The notes below the pieces were generated by a model, which saw only the letters and a list, made by a program, of their open reading frames with translations, searched no databases and was not told the DNA's origin. Below are positions 31,264 through 41,798 of a stretch of 64,000 bases of DNA, one piece after another (within the stretch, counting starts at the first letter, position 1; the number at the start of each line of letters is the position of its first letter). Origin of the DNA: Candidatus Bathyarchaeota archaeon (GTDB lineage Archaea; Thermoproteota; Bathyarchaeia; Bathyarchaeales; Bathycorpusculaceae); assembly GCA_963715865.1 (NCBI GenBank), contig OY970280.1, forward strand, positions 1,056,001 through 1,120,000, written 5' to 3'. The position numbers were made by a program, and so were the translations under genes.

Positions 31264-32217
31264 ATGGATATGTTCATGCGGAAAATAACCTATTTAGCCG
31301 TTGGAGTTTTGATTGCAGTAATTATTGTGGCAACAGTAACAGGTTTGTATCTTACTAATCGTCCAGGAACTAGCTCAGGTTCTCAGTTAAAGGTGCTTGC
31401 AACGTTTTATCCGCTGTATGATTTCGCCCAAAATGTGGGCGGCGATAAAGTTAACGTCTCGATACTTGTGCCAGAAACCGTTGATGTACACGAATTTGAA
31501 CCAACGCCCTCTTCCATAGCAGATGTTGCAAGCGCAAATGTACTCGTTTACAACGGCGTTGGACTGGAGCCATGGATCCAGAATATAATCAGCGCATCTG
31601 GAAACACAAAACTCGTACAGGTAGATACAAGCCAAGGAGTTCAACTTCTTCCAGTGCCAGCAGAATTCCAAAGGAATAACCAAACAGTTGACCCACATAT
31701 CTGGCTTGATCCCCTAAACGCAAAACAACAGGTCAACAACATTCTTCAAGGATTAATCAAAGCTGACCCTGCTGACACTCAATATTTCACGCAAAATGCA
31801 CAAGCTTACGAAGCTAAACTCGATAATTTGAACTCTCTTGCAATAAATGCCACATCAAACACTGCAACACGCTACTTTGTTACATTCCATGAAGCATTCG
31901 CCTATTTCGCTAACCAATACAACGTTACCCAACTTCCCATTTCAGGACCATTTGAAGAAGAACCCACACCAAGCGACATTCAAAACGTAATCAACGCAAT
32001 TCACCAGCACCACCTCTTGTACGTGGGTTATGAGTCACTTGAGAACCCAGCAATATCCCAGTCAATCGGCAGCCAGACAAATGCCACTCTAATTGAAATG
32101 AACCCAATAGAAGGCTTGACAACACAAGAAAAGGCTGCAGGCGACAACTACATCAGTCTAATGCAACAAGACATAACAAATATCCATTTGGCGTTGAGTA
32201 AAATTGGAACAAGCTAA
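31264..32217 (+). CDS. znuA: Metal ABC transporter substrate-binding protein (ZnuA/cluster A-I)
   Basis: DVHEFEP, DPHIWLD, TFHEAF and YES ligand motifs. Confidence 0.88.
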   Translation: MDMFMRKITYLAVGVLIAVIIVATVTGLYLTNRPGTSSGSQLKVLATFYPLYDFAQNVGGDKVNVSILVPETVDVHEFEPTPSSIADVASANVLVYNGVGLEPWIQNIISASGNTKLVQVDTSQGVQLLPVPAEFQRNNQTVDPHIWLDPLNAKQQVNNILQGLIKADPADTQYFTQNAQAYEAKLDNLNSLAINATSNTATRYFVTFHEAFAYFANQYNVTQLPISGPFEEEPTPSDIQNVINAIHQHHLLYVGYESLENPAISQSIGSQTNATLIEMNPIEGLTTQEKAAGDNYISLMQQDITNIHLALSKIGTS

Positions 32218-32965
32218 ACCAGTCGTCGAAATACGGGATCTCAGCGTCAAGTACCCAAACGGAGTCATGGCTCTCGAAGGCATAAACGTAGATGTAAACG
32301 AGAGAGATCTAATTGCACTCATAGGACCCAATGGGGCAGGAAAATCAACCCTCCTAAAAGTCATTCTCGGACTCACAAAACCAACAAGCGGCTCAGTCAA
32401 ACTCTTCGGATGCCCAGACTTGAGTAAAAATCTCAAATACGTTGGCTATGTCCCCCAAAGCGCCCAAGCCCGAGACCCAAACTTACCCTTCAGCGTCTAT
32501 GAAACAGTTATGATTGGAAGAACTCCCCACGCAGGATTATTTCACGGAATGGGCGCAGAAGACAGGCAGAAAGTTGAGGAAACACTCAAACTGTTTGGAA
32601 TATACGAGCTCAAAGATAGAAAAATAGGTCAACTCTCAGGCGGTCAATCTCAACGTGTTTTTTTGGCTAAAGCGATGGTTGCTGAACCGAAACTGCTCTT
32701 ACTAGATGAGCCAACAAGCGGAGTAGACACCACTTCAAAAAAAGAGTTCTACAACATACTTGAACGCTTAAACAAAGAGAGAGGAATAGCTGTTATTTTG
32801 TCTTCTCATGACATAGGCGTAATAACAAAGATAGCGAACAGAGTTCTTTGCATAAACAGATCACAGTTCTTCTGTGGCGAAAACGAGGATTTCGCAGCAG
32901 ATATTGAGATTCACAAAATGTATGATCACCCAGTGGAGATTATGGAACATCATGATCACCCTTGA
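32204..32965 (+). CDS. znuC: Metal ABC transporter ATPase
   Basis: GPNGAGKST, LSGGQ, LLLDEPT, SHD. Confidence 0.9.
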   Translation: MEQAKPVVEIRDLSVKYPNGVMALEGINVDVNERDLIALIGPNGAGKSTLLKVILGLTKPTSGSVKLFGCPDLSKNLKYVGYVPQSAQARDPNLPFSVYETVMIGRTPHAGLFHGMGAEDRQKVEETLKLFGIYELKDRKIGQLSGGQSQRVFLAKAMVAEPKLLLLDEPTSGVDTTSKKEFYNILERLNKERGIAVILSSHDIGVITKIANRVLCINRSQFFCGENEDFAADIEIHKMYDHPVEIMEHHDHP

Positions 32966-33800
32966 CGTCTTATCTTTACTTCAAGCGCCTTTCATACAGC
33001 GTGCATTCATAATAAGCATCATAATTGCAATCCTCAGCTCTATTCTGAGCATTTTTATTGTTTTAAAGAAAATTTCGTTGATAGGTGATGGGCTTTCTCA
33101 CACTGCTTTTGGTGGCTTAGCCCTCGGGTACTATCTTAGCGTTTTTCCCCTATGGATAGCGGGAATTACTGTGGTGTTAGGATCCATAGGAATTAACAAG
33201 GCGCTACGTTCTACAAAGATTTCTGGTGACGCCGCAGTCGCTGTTTTCCTACAGCTTGGTCTTGCAGGGGGCATAACCTTATTGAGTCTTGCCCGAGGCT
33301 TCGGCGTTAACCTTGAGAGCCTGCTTTTCGGCAGCATTCTTATAGTAAACTTTGACCAAATTATTACGGCAGCTGTTGTTGCAGCAGTAACCTTAAGCAT
33401 CATTTTTCTGTTCTTCAAGGAGTTAGTTTACATAACGTTTGATGAAACTCAAGCCCGAGCCGCAGGAATCAAGACATGGGTCTTTGACTATCTCCTAAGC
33501 ATTCTCTCAGGCATCGTCGTGATTATTGCCATACCTATAGTGGGTGTTCTTTTAATTTCAGCACTTCTAGTCCTACCCGCATTGATAAGCACTCAAGTCA
33601 CAAAATCTTTCAAACAAACCGTCATACTGTCACCCATAATCGGCCTCATCACCGTAATAATCGGCATACTCATATCAGTCATCATAGACGCCGCGCCGGG
33701 CGGAACAATTGTCCTCACAGGCTTAACGATTCTCGCCATTGCCTTCGCAGGTAGAAGAATTCAAAATATAGCAACAAAACCTAAAGTGAAGCCAATCTGA
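32952..33800 (+). CDS. znuB: Metal ABC transporter permease (ABC-3)
   Basis: GDGLSHTAFGG, LESLLFGSIL, VGVLLISALLVLPA. ATG at 32952. Confidence 0.9.
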   Translation: MITLDVLSLLQAPFIQRAFIISIIIAILSSILSIFIVLKKISLIGDGLSHTAFGGLALGYYLSVFPLWIAGITVVLGSIGINKALRSTKISGDAAVAVFLQLGLAGGITLLSLARGFGVNLESLLFGSILIVNFDQIITAAVVAAVTLSIIFLFFKELVYITFDETQARAAGIKTWVFDYLLSILSGIVVIIAIPIVGVLLISALLVLPALISTQVTKSFKQTVILSPIIGLITVIIGILISVIIDAAPGGTIVLTGLTILAIAFAGRRIQNIATKPKVKPI

Positions 33801-33835
33801 ATTTTTACAGCGTTATACAGAAAAATTGAGGGTTG

Positions 33836-34408
33836 TTAGTAGTTTTCAACCCAAACTTCAAAATAGGCTTTCGGATGAGCGCATACGGGACATTTTTCTG
33901 GCGCTTGCGTTCCTTCGAAGACGTAACCGCAGTTTCTGCATTTCCATTTGATTGGCTGGTCTTTCTTGAAGACTTTGCCTTGCTGCACGCTTTCGAGCAG
34001 TTTATTGTATCTTCTTTCATGGTAGGATTCTACTTTTGCAACCATTCGGAACGTGTTGGCAACATCTGGGAAACCTTCCTGTTGAGCTACGTCTGCAAAG
34101 TTGGGGTAAAGTGTGCCCCACTCGAGTTTTTCGCCTTCAGCTGCAGCCTTGAGATTTTCAGCGGTTGATGCAATGACTCCTGCAGGATAAGAAGCTTTAA
34201 TTTCAACTATTCCACCTTTGAGATGCTTAAAGAATAATTCCGCATGCTCTTTCTCGTTAGCTAATGTTTCCTCGAAAATAGCGGCTATTTGCTCGTATCC
34301 TTCTTTTCTGGCTACGCTCGCAAAGAATGTGTATCTATTTCGTGCCTGTGATTCGCCTGCAAACGCTGCTAAGAGGTTCTTTTCTGTTTGGCTACCAGCA
34401 AAATTCAT
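33836..34408 (-). CDS. rbr: Rubrerythrin
   Basis: AFAGESQARNRY, EKEHA, VESYH, C-terminal CRNC...CPVC. Confidence 0.96.
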   Translation of the reverse strand: MNFAGSQTEKNLLAAFAGESQARNRYTFFASVARKEGYEQIAAIFEETLANEKEHAELFFKHLKGGIVEIKASYPAGVIASTAENLKAAAEGEKLEWGTLYPNFADVAQQEGFPDVANTFRMVAKVESYHERRYNKLLESVQQGKVFKKDQPIKWKCRNCGYVFEGTQAPEKCPVCAHPKAYFEVWVENY

Positions 34409-34684
34409 GGTTTTTACACCTGATACAATTAGGTTTCAAACGAAAAATAAAAGCATTGCCTGTAGTCGGTTTAAATCCGATGTATATGCTTTTATCTTGC
34501 TTACACTAAATATTTTTTGCCGGATGATGAGAAGGCATTAGCTTGACATTATTTGGATGAAAGTTCAGAGTTACTCAGACGGCAACTATTCACTTCTAAC
34601 TCCGCAGACAATAGCGTGCAACCGATAGTAATTCTTAAAAGGCTACGAAACACTCTCTTACTCTATTCGCGAGGAAGAGAGAGA

Positions 34685-36295
34685 TTGGCCTCAGGTTCAG
34701 GCATCAAAATAGTTCTTACAGCGTCAGCTACAGAAATGAGCGACTTTTATAATAATCCTTTTATCGCTTTTGTCGCAGGTTTCGGCAAAGGCCCGATTCC
34801 GCTTGGATTCGTCAGAAAAACACTCTATCCTCCGGTGGAACGCAAGCCTGATGGCAGAGCAAGATTTGCACCTTACGGCTTAAGAAAAGTAGAAGCTATG
34901 CTGCTAGAAAGTGGCTTCACAGAAAAAGAAGTAGCCGTAGTTCACCCCGAAGACCTTGAAGACTTCATAGGACCAGAAACCAAGGTTATAGGCATATCTT
35001 CAATGGACCCAACAGGCATGGGTTACGTAAGCAAAACTTACTCCTCAATCATTGGCGGAGGAGAACCCATGAATGCAGTTGAATTCCAAAAACTCGTCAC
35101 TAACCCGAGCATCAAAAAGTTTAAGCCAAAAATTATTGTTGGCGGATTTGGTTCTTGGCAGCTAGAACGCAAAAAAGTATCAGACAGCTATGACGTTGAT
35201 TGCGTGCTCCTCGGCGGAAGACCAGAACCAATCGTTGAAGTTTTTAAGAAAGCAGTCAATGGCGAAGCTCTTCCGCGTATTGTTAAAGCTGACGAATCAA
35301 TCAGCAACTGGGATTATAATGCCATAATGCCCTTAACTAAACACTCTGCAATTCATGGCGCCGTGGAAATTTCAAAAGGCTGCGGAAGAAACTGCCAGTT
35401 TTGCACGCCTACCATGCAACATAAAGTTGATGTGCCACTGGAAAAAATAATGCAGGAAGTCGCTTTAACAACGGCAGACGGATGCGACCACATAACCTTA
35501 GTCACCGAAGACCTATTCCTGTACGGTTCCAAAGACAAAAAATTTATTCCAAACAAGGAAGCCGTTGTAAAACTAGTAAAAAGAGTTGCTAAGTATCCAG
35601 GCGTTAAAAGTATTCAAGCATCCCACATGTCTTTAGCGCCAGCAGTTCATAATCCGCAAATGGTAAAGGAACTTGCAGAAATTTTGATTGAGCGCAGTTG
35701 GTACTCGTTTGGCAAAAAAGCAATAATCACCGCTGAAACAGGAATTGAAACTGGCAGCACAAGGTTGATGAAGAAGTACATGTCGGGTAAAATGTTGCCT
35801 TTTAAGCCTGAACAATGGCAGGAAGTTGTCGCCAACGCGTTTGGCATACTTAACGATAATGATTGGTATCCTCTGGCGACGTTGATTGTAGGTCTTCCAG
35901 ACGAGAAAGAAGAAGACGTACAGCAAACGCTTGAGTTAATGGATAAATTAAAAGATTATAACGCATTTTATGTGCCGCTGTTCTTTGTTCCACTAGAGAA
36001 TTGTGTGCTAATGAATAAGAAAGGCGCTGAAATTGATTCGCTCTCACAAGTACGCTGGGACTTTTTCATTAAATGCTGGGAATATAACATTAAAATTTGG
36101 AAGCCAACTTTTCTTGAAAACCGCGTACCTAATCCAATCCTGTATAAGGCATTGGACCATATAGTTATCCCGTATTTCGGTAGAATAGCTGGTTTCTATT
36201 ACGGTTGGACACGCGGTGAACAGTTAAAACAAGCCTTCTGGACGCTAAGTATGTCTCAGCCAACAACAGTTAAGAATAAGCAAAAGTTAAGTTGA
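34685..36295 (+). CDS. Radical SAM protein with N-terminal B12-binding-like domain
   Basis: GCGRNCQFC, PYGLRKVEA, GIETG. TTG start at 34685 preferred. Confidence 0.9.
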   Translation: MASGSGIKIVLTASATEMSDFYNNPFIAFVAGFGKGPIPLGFVRKTLYPPVERKPDGRARFAPYGLRKVEAMLLESGFTEKEVAVVHPEDLEDFIGPETKVIGISSMDPTGMGYVSKTYSSIIGGGEPMNAVEFQKLVTNPSIKKFKPKIIVGGFGSWQLERKKVSDSYDVDCVLLGGRPEPIVEVFKKAVNGEALPRIVKADESISNWDYNAIMPLTKHSAIHGAVEISKGCGRNCQFCTPTMQHKVDVPLEKIMQEVALTTADGCDHITLVTEDLFLYGSKDKKFIPNKEAVVKLVKRVAKYPGVKSIQASHMSLAPAVHNPQMVKELAEILIERSWYSFGKKAIITAETGIETGSTRLMKKYMSGKMLPFKPEQWQEVVANAFGILNDNDWYPLATLIVGLPDEKEEDVQQTLELMDKLKDYNAFYVPLFFVPLENCVLMNKKGAEIDSLSQVRWDFFIKCWEYNIKIWKPTFLENRVPNPILYKALDHIVIPYFGRIAGFYYGWTRGEQLKQAFWTLSMSQPTTVKNKQKLS

Positions 36296-37144
36296 TTCAG
36301 CAGCTTCATCTGCTGTCTCCTGTTTTTCCTCTGTTTCCATCGGCTTTTCTTGGGCTGGTTCAGGCTGGGGTTTGAGGATTTTTCTTGCATGAGTAATGTA
36401 CCCTGTATGTCCAGTCATTAGCGTTTGAGGTCTGGTTTTTCCTCGTTCGACTTGCATTGCTCGCATCAGACACTCGACTGTTTCTATGAATACAAAACTG
36501 TTTTCTTTTAGGGCTTCTGTTGTTTTTACGACTTGGTCGATGGTTGGGCTGAACGAGACTATTATTCCAGAAGGCTTTAGCGCTTCGTAAGCGTGGGGGA
36601 CCACGAGCCATGGAGTTGCCAAATCCAAAATTACCGCGTCTACATCTCTCTCTTCAATTCCTAAGGTGACATCTCCGCTTTTCATTTCAACGTAATCTAT
36701 GAGTTTTGAACGTTGCAGATTTTTGGCTGCGTTTTTTTGGAATTCGCTGCGCAACTCGTAAGTGTAAACTTTGCCTGTTGGTCCAACGTAGTGTGCGAGT
36801 GCAGTGGTTAATGCGCCTGTTCCTGTGCCTGATTCTACAACTCGGCTTCCAGGTCCAATTCCGCTGAACATAACAATTAATGCCGCGTCTTTGGGGTAGG
36901 TGATTTGCGTGTTGCGTGAAGACTTCATGATGTAGTCTGTTAAGGCAGGTTTTAGGGCGGTGAAGGTTATGCCAAGGCTGCTTTTGACGGGTTCGCCGTA
37001 TTCTTTGCCGATTAACTCATCAAGCTTCAAGTAGCCTTTGTGTGTGTGGAAGGTTTTTCCTGCTTCAATTTTTATCATGTAGGTTCTGCGTGCGTCTAGG
37101 TAAATTAGCACGTAGTCGCCTTCGCTTATTTTTTGGTTAGCCAA
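36287..37144 (-). CDS. trmI: tRNA (adenine-N1)-methyltransferase
   Basis: FHTHKG, TQITYPKD, VESGTGTGALT, LDLATPW, HTGY. Confidence 0.95.
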   Translation of the reverse strand: MANQKISEGDYVLIYLDARRTYMIKIEAGKTFHTHKGYLKLDELIGKEYGEPVKSSLGITFTALKPALTDYIMKSSRNTQITYPKDAALIVMFSGIGPGSRVVESGTGTGALTTALAHYVGPTGKVYTYELRSEFQKNAAKNLQRSKLIDYVEMKSGDVTLGIEERDVDAVILDLATPWLVVPHAYEALKPSGIIVSFSPTIDQVVKTTEALKENSFVFIETVECLMRAMQVERGKTRPQTLMTGHTGYITHARKILKPQPEPAQEKPMETEEKQETADEAAEST

Positions 37145-37260
37145 CTGTTCTTCCTCTTGGGAAGTGAAAATGCAGGTTGTATCATTTAAGCTTTGAACTC
37201 TATCTGCTCGGAGCATATGTCTATAAAAAACAAAAAGAAGGGTTGGTTGATTTTCAAGAA

Positions 37261-37506
37261 TTAACCGAGTTCCTTGCCACAGTTCGGGCAGAACTTAATA
37301 TTATCCGGTACTACCCGCCCGCATTGAGGGCAAAATCTATTGACGGCTTGCTGCTGGTATCCTGGAGAATATGCTTGATTCGGGTAACCTTGTTGTGTAA
37401 TAATTTTTGGTCTTGTAAAATAGTAGAGAATGGCTGCAGGCCAGCAGAAAATTACTAAAATTATCAACACTGCAAGACTATACTGCCTTGTTTCAACTTG
37501 TGTCAA
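37261..37506 (-). CDS. Small membrane protein with C-terminal double zinc ribbon
   Basis: TM, FCPQCG...FCPNCG. Confidence 0.8.
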   Translation of the reverse strand: MTQVETRQYSLAVLIILVIFCWPAAILYYFTRPKIITQQGYPNQAYSPGYQQQAVNRFCPQCGRVVPDNIKFCPNCGKELG

Positions 37507-37632
37507 ATTTATTCCCCAAATTTATTCAATATCTGAAGCTAATATAATTTAAGCTTTTGCAAACTTTAATTTTTAATAAATTGCAATCAACATACAAGTT
37601 AGCTCCTAAAAGCACCAGTATGAAACTTTTTT

Positions 37633-38130
37633 TCAATCAGTCAAGGAATTGGATTTGTTTTGGATTTGATTTAGCTCTTCAATATAAGAGTCTAAACATT
37701 TCGTTTTAGCTGCTATAAGATAAATCGAAAAAGCATACGCAAAAACTATAACCAGCCCAACTAAAAACATAAAGAGAAAACCTTTAATTATTAACAACAA
37801 AAATAGGGCTTCAGATATTCCTAGCAGGAATCCAGAACTAACACGTATCCAGTTATTGCTTTCTCTTAGCTTTGCACTCTGCGTAAACCAATCAACGGCA
37901 GCGACAAGCGGCAAAAAAGAAATAAAAGGAAGATAGAACACAATTGGGAAACTCAACCCAAAAGTGTTGGCTACAAAAACGCCTATTATCCCTAAACCTG
38001 TTCCTGTGCATCTTGAACAAAGGTAAACCCTTTTTCCCTTAAAACTCACGCGAATAGTTCGATGAAGTCTATCTGGGGGATGATGCGATCCAATTAGAAA
38101 CAGTAAATAGCGCCAATTTTGTTTGCCCAT
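37633..38130 (-). CDS. DUF2085-like membrane protein
   Basis: HHPPDRLHRT...LCSRCTG, DWFTQ...ESNNWIRVSSG. Confidence 0.8.
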   Translation of the reverse strand: MGKQNWRYLLFLIGSHHPPDRLHRTIRVSFKGKRVYLCSRCTGTGLGIIGVFVANTFGLSFPIVFYLPFISFLPLVAAVDWFTQSAKLRESNNWIRVSSGFLLGISEALFLLLIIKGFLFMFLVGLVIVFAYAFSIYLIAAKTKCLDSYIEELNQIQNKSNSLTD

Positions 38131-38255
38131 TGTTTTCCAACTACATATATTATCATTGACTTGTACTTCAATTTAATAAGTGATTTATGCTAATCAAAGT
38201 TTATTCAGTTTAGCAGCCAAGCGGCCAGCCGCCGGTATCTAAGGAAAGCGAACCG

Positions 38256-38537
38256 TTATTTTTCTTTTCTTGGTTTTTTTTCGTGTTCTGCAACCATTTG
38301 TTTTACTTTCTTTTCCAGTTGCCGCTCATACACGTGCTCCGGTATCGGAGGTGGCAGGGTCTTTTTTTTGTGCAAGTCGGTTGGCGCAACAATGCGTCTT
38401 TCGCCTGTTTTAACGGTGGCTTTTTCGCCGTCAACGTTATCCTCAAAATCTTCCAGAGCTTCTACAATCCAGTAGCCTTCACTTTCAGTTAAAACCTTAA
38501 CTTTGTATAATCCCTTGTAGTAGTAATTTTCGCTCAT
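38256..38537 (-). CDS. Hypothetical protein (SH3-like beta fold possible)
   Basis: ATG, clean 93-aa ORF at the end of the minus-strand operon. Confidence 0.7.
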   Translation of the reverse strand: MSENYYYKGLYKVKVLTESEGYWIVEALEDFEDNVDGEKATVKTGERRIVAPTDLHKKKTLPPPIPEHVYERQLEKKVKQMVAEHEKKPRKEK

Positions 38538-38593
38538 AACAATTCACAACTAATAATTCTTTTAAAAGTAAATAAACACTCCCACTTCGGCGG

Positions 38594-39937
38594 CTACAAC
38601 TGGTATTCTCGGCATTTTTCCACAAGCGACACCTGACTGCCAGCGTTTCCCATAAACTTCTTGAATAATTCAGCGTTTTCCGTGTGGATGGGGAAAATCT
38701 GTTTGGCATTTATCTTTCTGAGCGCTGCCTTCAACTGAAGCGGCATCATGTGCCCTGAGACATGTACGTGGTATTGGGGCAAGCCGTAGTGGCTTAGCCA
38801 ATTAATTAGGCGTTCATAGTCAATTTCCATCTCCTCGTTGAAGGGTTCTGATGCTGACAAGACGTAGCAGCTGCCGGCTGCTGGCTGAATGGAAATGAGC
38901 TCTTCAAAATCATAGAAGCTGACCGCTAAAACCACCTTGCATTGCTGCTTCGAAACTTCGAACACGTCGAAAATCTTGTTTTCCCCATCAAAGCGTTCAA
39001 TCAACTGTTTTTCCCACTTGTCATAGCGCTTCTTCGACTTTCGAAAAATCAATATCTCCTCATCATCCAGCGCTGGAACCTGCAAGTGCTTGTCGTTCCG
39101 AAGTGCATCCAGCAAATACGCTTGTTTTAGTGAAACAGCAAGGCACCGATTGTTCTTTTTGGCAATGTGGTAAAAAGAGTTCAATCGGTCAACATCCGAG
39201 TAACCAAACTCTGCAAGCAAGATGCCGTCGACTTGTGATGCAATCTTGTCCAGTTTCGCCTCCACTTCCACTTCGTTGGAAACTGTTGCTCCAGTCATGT
39301 TGGTGGCTTCAGTCACAATTGCCACAGGCTCAGCCTCCTTGGCTTTTTCCACAAATTCATGGGTCATTTCTGGCTTGGCACCGTGGTCTCGAAAGTCGCC
39401 CGTGTAAATTATTGTTCCGTTTGAAGTGTGAATTAGAAAGCCGTAGGCGCCTGGAATTGAATGGTCAACATGGAACGGCTCAACCACTAAGTTGTCTACC
39501 TGAATTTTTTTGCCTGTTCTGAAAACGTTAAAGTTGATGTCTGCAACGTTGAATTCTAAGTCCGCGCGTCGAATGTCGCTTAGGGTTCGCAGGATGGTTT
39601 GTGTTGTTTCGCCGCAGTACACGGGAATTTCCCGTTTAATAAATGACAGATAAGCCGAATGATCCAAATGCCCGTGGGAAAGGAATACAGCGTTTGTTTC
39701 AGGCGGGCTTTGGTCAAACTTGTATACCCCGTTTATCTGCGGCAGAATTCCGAGTTCTTGGAGGCTCTTTTCGTTTTTAGGAGAAAGGAATGGTGGCGAG
39801 TAAAACTGTTTTTTAGCGGTAAAAGACATGCCGAAATCAAAGAAAACCCTCGTATCTCGGTCTTGGAGGAGGATTTTGTTTCCGCCTATCTCGTTAACTC
39901 CGCCATAGAAGGTTAAGGTTGTCTGATTCTTCACCAT
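38594..39937 (-). CDS. MBL-fold metallo-hydrolase (RNase J-like beta-CASP)
   Basis: GGVNEIGGN, SHGHLDH, DHS, YTGDFR, HVSGH, PIHTE. Confidence 0.9.
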   Translation of the reverse strand: MVKNQTTLTFYGGVNEIGGNKILLQDRDTRVFFDFGMSFTAKKQFYSPPFLSPKNEKSLQELGILPQINGVYKFDQSPPETNAVFLSHGHLDHSAYLSFIKREIPVYCGETTQTILRTLSDIRRADLEFNVADINFNVFRTGKKIQVDNLVVEPFHVDHSIPGAYGFLIHTSNGTIIYTGDFRDHGAKPEMTHEFVEKAKEAEPVAIVTEATNMTGATVSNEVEVEAKLDKIASQVDGILLAEFGYSDVDRLNSFYHIAKKNNRCLAVSLKQAYLLDALRNDKHLQVPALDDEEILIFRKSKKRYDKWEKQLIERFDGENKIFDVFEVSKQQCKVVLAVSFYDFEELISIQPAAGSCYVLSASEPFNEEMEIDYERLINWLSHYGLPQYHVHVSGHMMPLQLKAALRKINAKQIFPIHTENAELFKKFMGNAGSQVSLVEKCREYQL

Positions 39938-39943
39938 GCGCTT

Positions 39944-41647
39944 TCACTTTAGTGCTTCAGTTTTTCTGCAGACGCTTGAAATAGCAGAAATAATGGTCCA
40001 CATTGTGAATATGCTAAAAACCCGTGTGTATTTGGGAGACCCAGCCTTTTTGATGACATTGATGTCTCCGCCAGCCTTCAAGTAGCCGTTTATGAACGTT
40101 TTTGCAATCGATTCAGCTTTACCATTCCCATAAAGCGGTTGAAGGTAATGCCCTGAATAATACAGGAACACAGCTACATCCCAAGCTTTATCGCCGTCTT
40201 GAGTGGCCTGCTCAAAGTCAATCATGTAAATAGAGCCATCCGGTTTAACTAACATATTTTCTGGCTTTGTGTCGCCTAATGCAATATTGTGAGAATGAAC
40301 CTTTGCAAGTATTTCGCCTGCTTTGCCAAGGTTAGCTAGTTCCTCTTCAAATGTTTCGTGCTCTGTAGCCGCGGCTATGCGTTTGATAGCTTGGCTGAGG
40401 TTTTCTCCCTCAATGTACTCCATGAAAATTAAACGTTCAGCATTACTCACATGCAAAATCTTCGGCACATTAAACCCTTCACTGAGCAAAAACTCGCTAA
40501 TGGCACATTCCTTTGCAAGCCTAGCTTGACCTGAAACAGCAAAGGACCTTGCACCTAAAGACCACAAAGTTAATGGAAACCATTTGAATCCAGACCAGTC
40601 TTTAAAGCGTTTAGCTAACACCTTCGTTTCACCGCCTTTCGCGTGAACATTGATCACGTATACGTCGTTCAGCATTCCACCGACTGGTTCAACTTTAATA
40701 TCTTCTCCACTTTGACCCTTCAAAAGCATTTTTTGAGCAAAACCTTTAATGTCAATTTTATCTGCTAACGAAACCAAACCGGCTGAAGTTGGAACGAAAA
40801 CGTATTTTTGGGGATCAATAAACAGGTAGCCCGGGTCTGGCTGTTTTCTCCAATTAATCTTTTGCGTTTTTAGAAAGGCTTCGGTATTCTGTGAAACAAT
40901 ATTCATTAGCTGAGGGAAAACCCCAAAGAACGACGTGAATATCGTCCGTGGCGCATTTTTTGACAGGTTAATAATTTTGATTCTTGGGTCTTGGCATCGG
41001 GCAATAAACTTCTTTGAAATCATTACGTAACCATTTAAAAAGTTAATTTTTCCCTCCGCTTCAAGCTGCCTCAAAGCTTCATTGTAACTGCCGAGTGATT
41101 CGGTCTCATTTGATGTGAGTCCATTCACTAAGTCTGAGAGGTCATAGGCAAGCAAAGGGAAAACTCGGATTCGATTCAAAAGCACCTCGTACATGAAGTA
41201 CTGCGGCTTAATTTGAATTCGATGAGCAAGCTCTGGAAAACTTAACGTCAAATTCTCAAGCAATTCAAGAATCAAACGCTTCTTCAACGTTACCTCTTTT
41301 TCATGCAAGTAATCGTCGCCGTAAAGAGTTGAGTGAGGAAAAACAAGTTTACTTGCAATGGCTTCTCCCAGAAAGCCTCTTTCGATGTCTCGCTCGAAAA
41401 TCCACTGGTCAACCGCAAAAACAAAAATTGTTTTTTCATTTACTGTTTTTAGGTAACTCATTACTCTAGGTTGAAAATCATGGATTACAAGCATTATTTC
41501 TATTAATGTTTTCTCGTTAGCTGTTCTCATTGAATATTTATCAACGTGAGCTATAGCGGTGATGTTTGCGGAGCCAGCGACATGTCTACAAAACTCGAGG
41601 ATTTGATTATTCAATTCGCTGTTTGCGCTGGTGCTAATTTGTTTCAA
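39944..41647 (-). CDS. Protein with C-terminal RIO/Bud32/Kdo-like kinase domain
   Basis: LAKRFK, IFMEYIEG, LGDTKPEN, IDFE. Confidence 0.8.
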   Translation of the reverse strand: MKQISTSANSELNNQILEFCRHVAGSANITAIAHVDKYSMRTANEKTLIEIMLVIHDFQPRVMSYLKTVNEKTIFVFAVDQWIFERDIERGFLGEAIASKLVFPHSTLYGDDYLHEKEVTLKKRLILELLENLTLSFPELAHRIQIKPQYFMYEVLLNRIRVFPLLAYDLSDLVNGLTSNETESLGSYNEALRQLEAEGKINFLNGYVMISKKFIARCQDPRIKIINLSKNAPRTIFTSFFGVFPQLMNIVSQNTEAFLKTQKINWRKQPDPGYLFIDPQKYVFVPTSAGLVSLADKIDIKGFAQKMLLKGQSGEDIKVEPVGGMLNDVYVINVHAKGGETKVLAKRFKDWSGFKWFPLTLWSLGARSFAVSGQARLAKECAISEFLLSEGFNVPKILHVSNAERLIFMEYIEGENLSQAIKRIAAATEHETFEEELANLGKAGEILAKVHSHNIALGDTKPENMLVKPDGSIYMIDFEQATQDGDKAWDVAVFLYYSGHYLQPLYGNGKAESIAKTFINGYLKAGGDINVIKKAGSPKYTRVFSIFTMWTIISAISSVCRKTEALK

Positions 41648-41798
41648 TTGGTCACCGATAGTTTGGCCAATATAGAATTAGCATATTGATATATTTAAAA
41701 CACGTTTGTTAACAAAATGAAAAAGTAACTTTTTAACTGAACACCACAGTCCAGCTTAAAGGCTACTTTCTGCCAGAAAGCGCATTAAGTTTTTTGAT

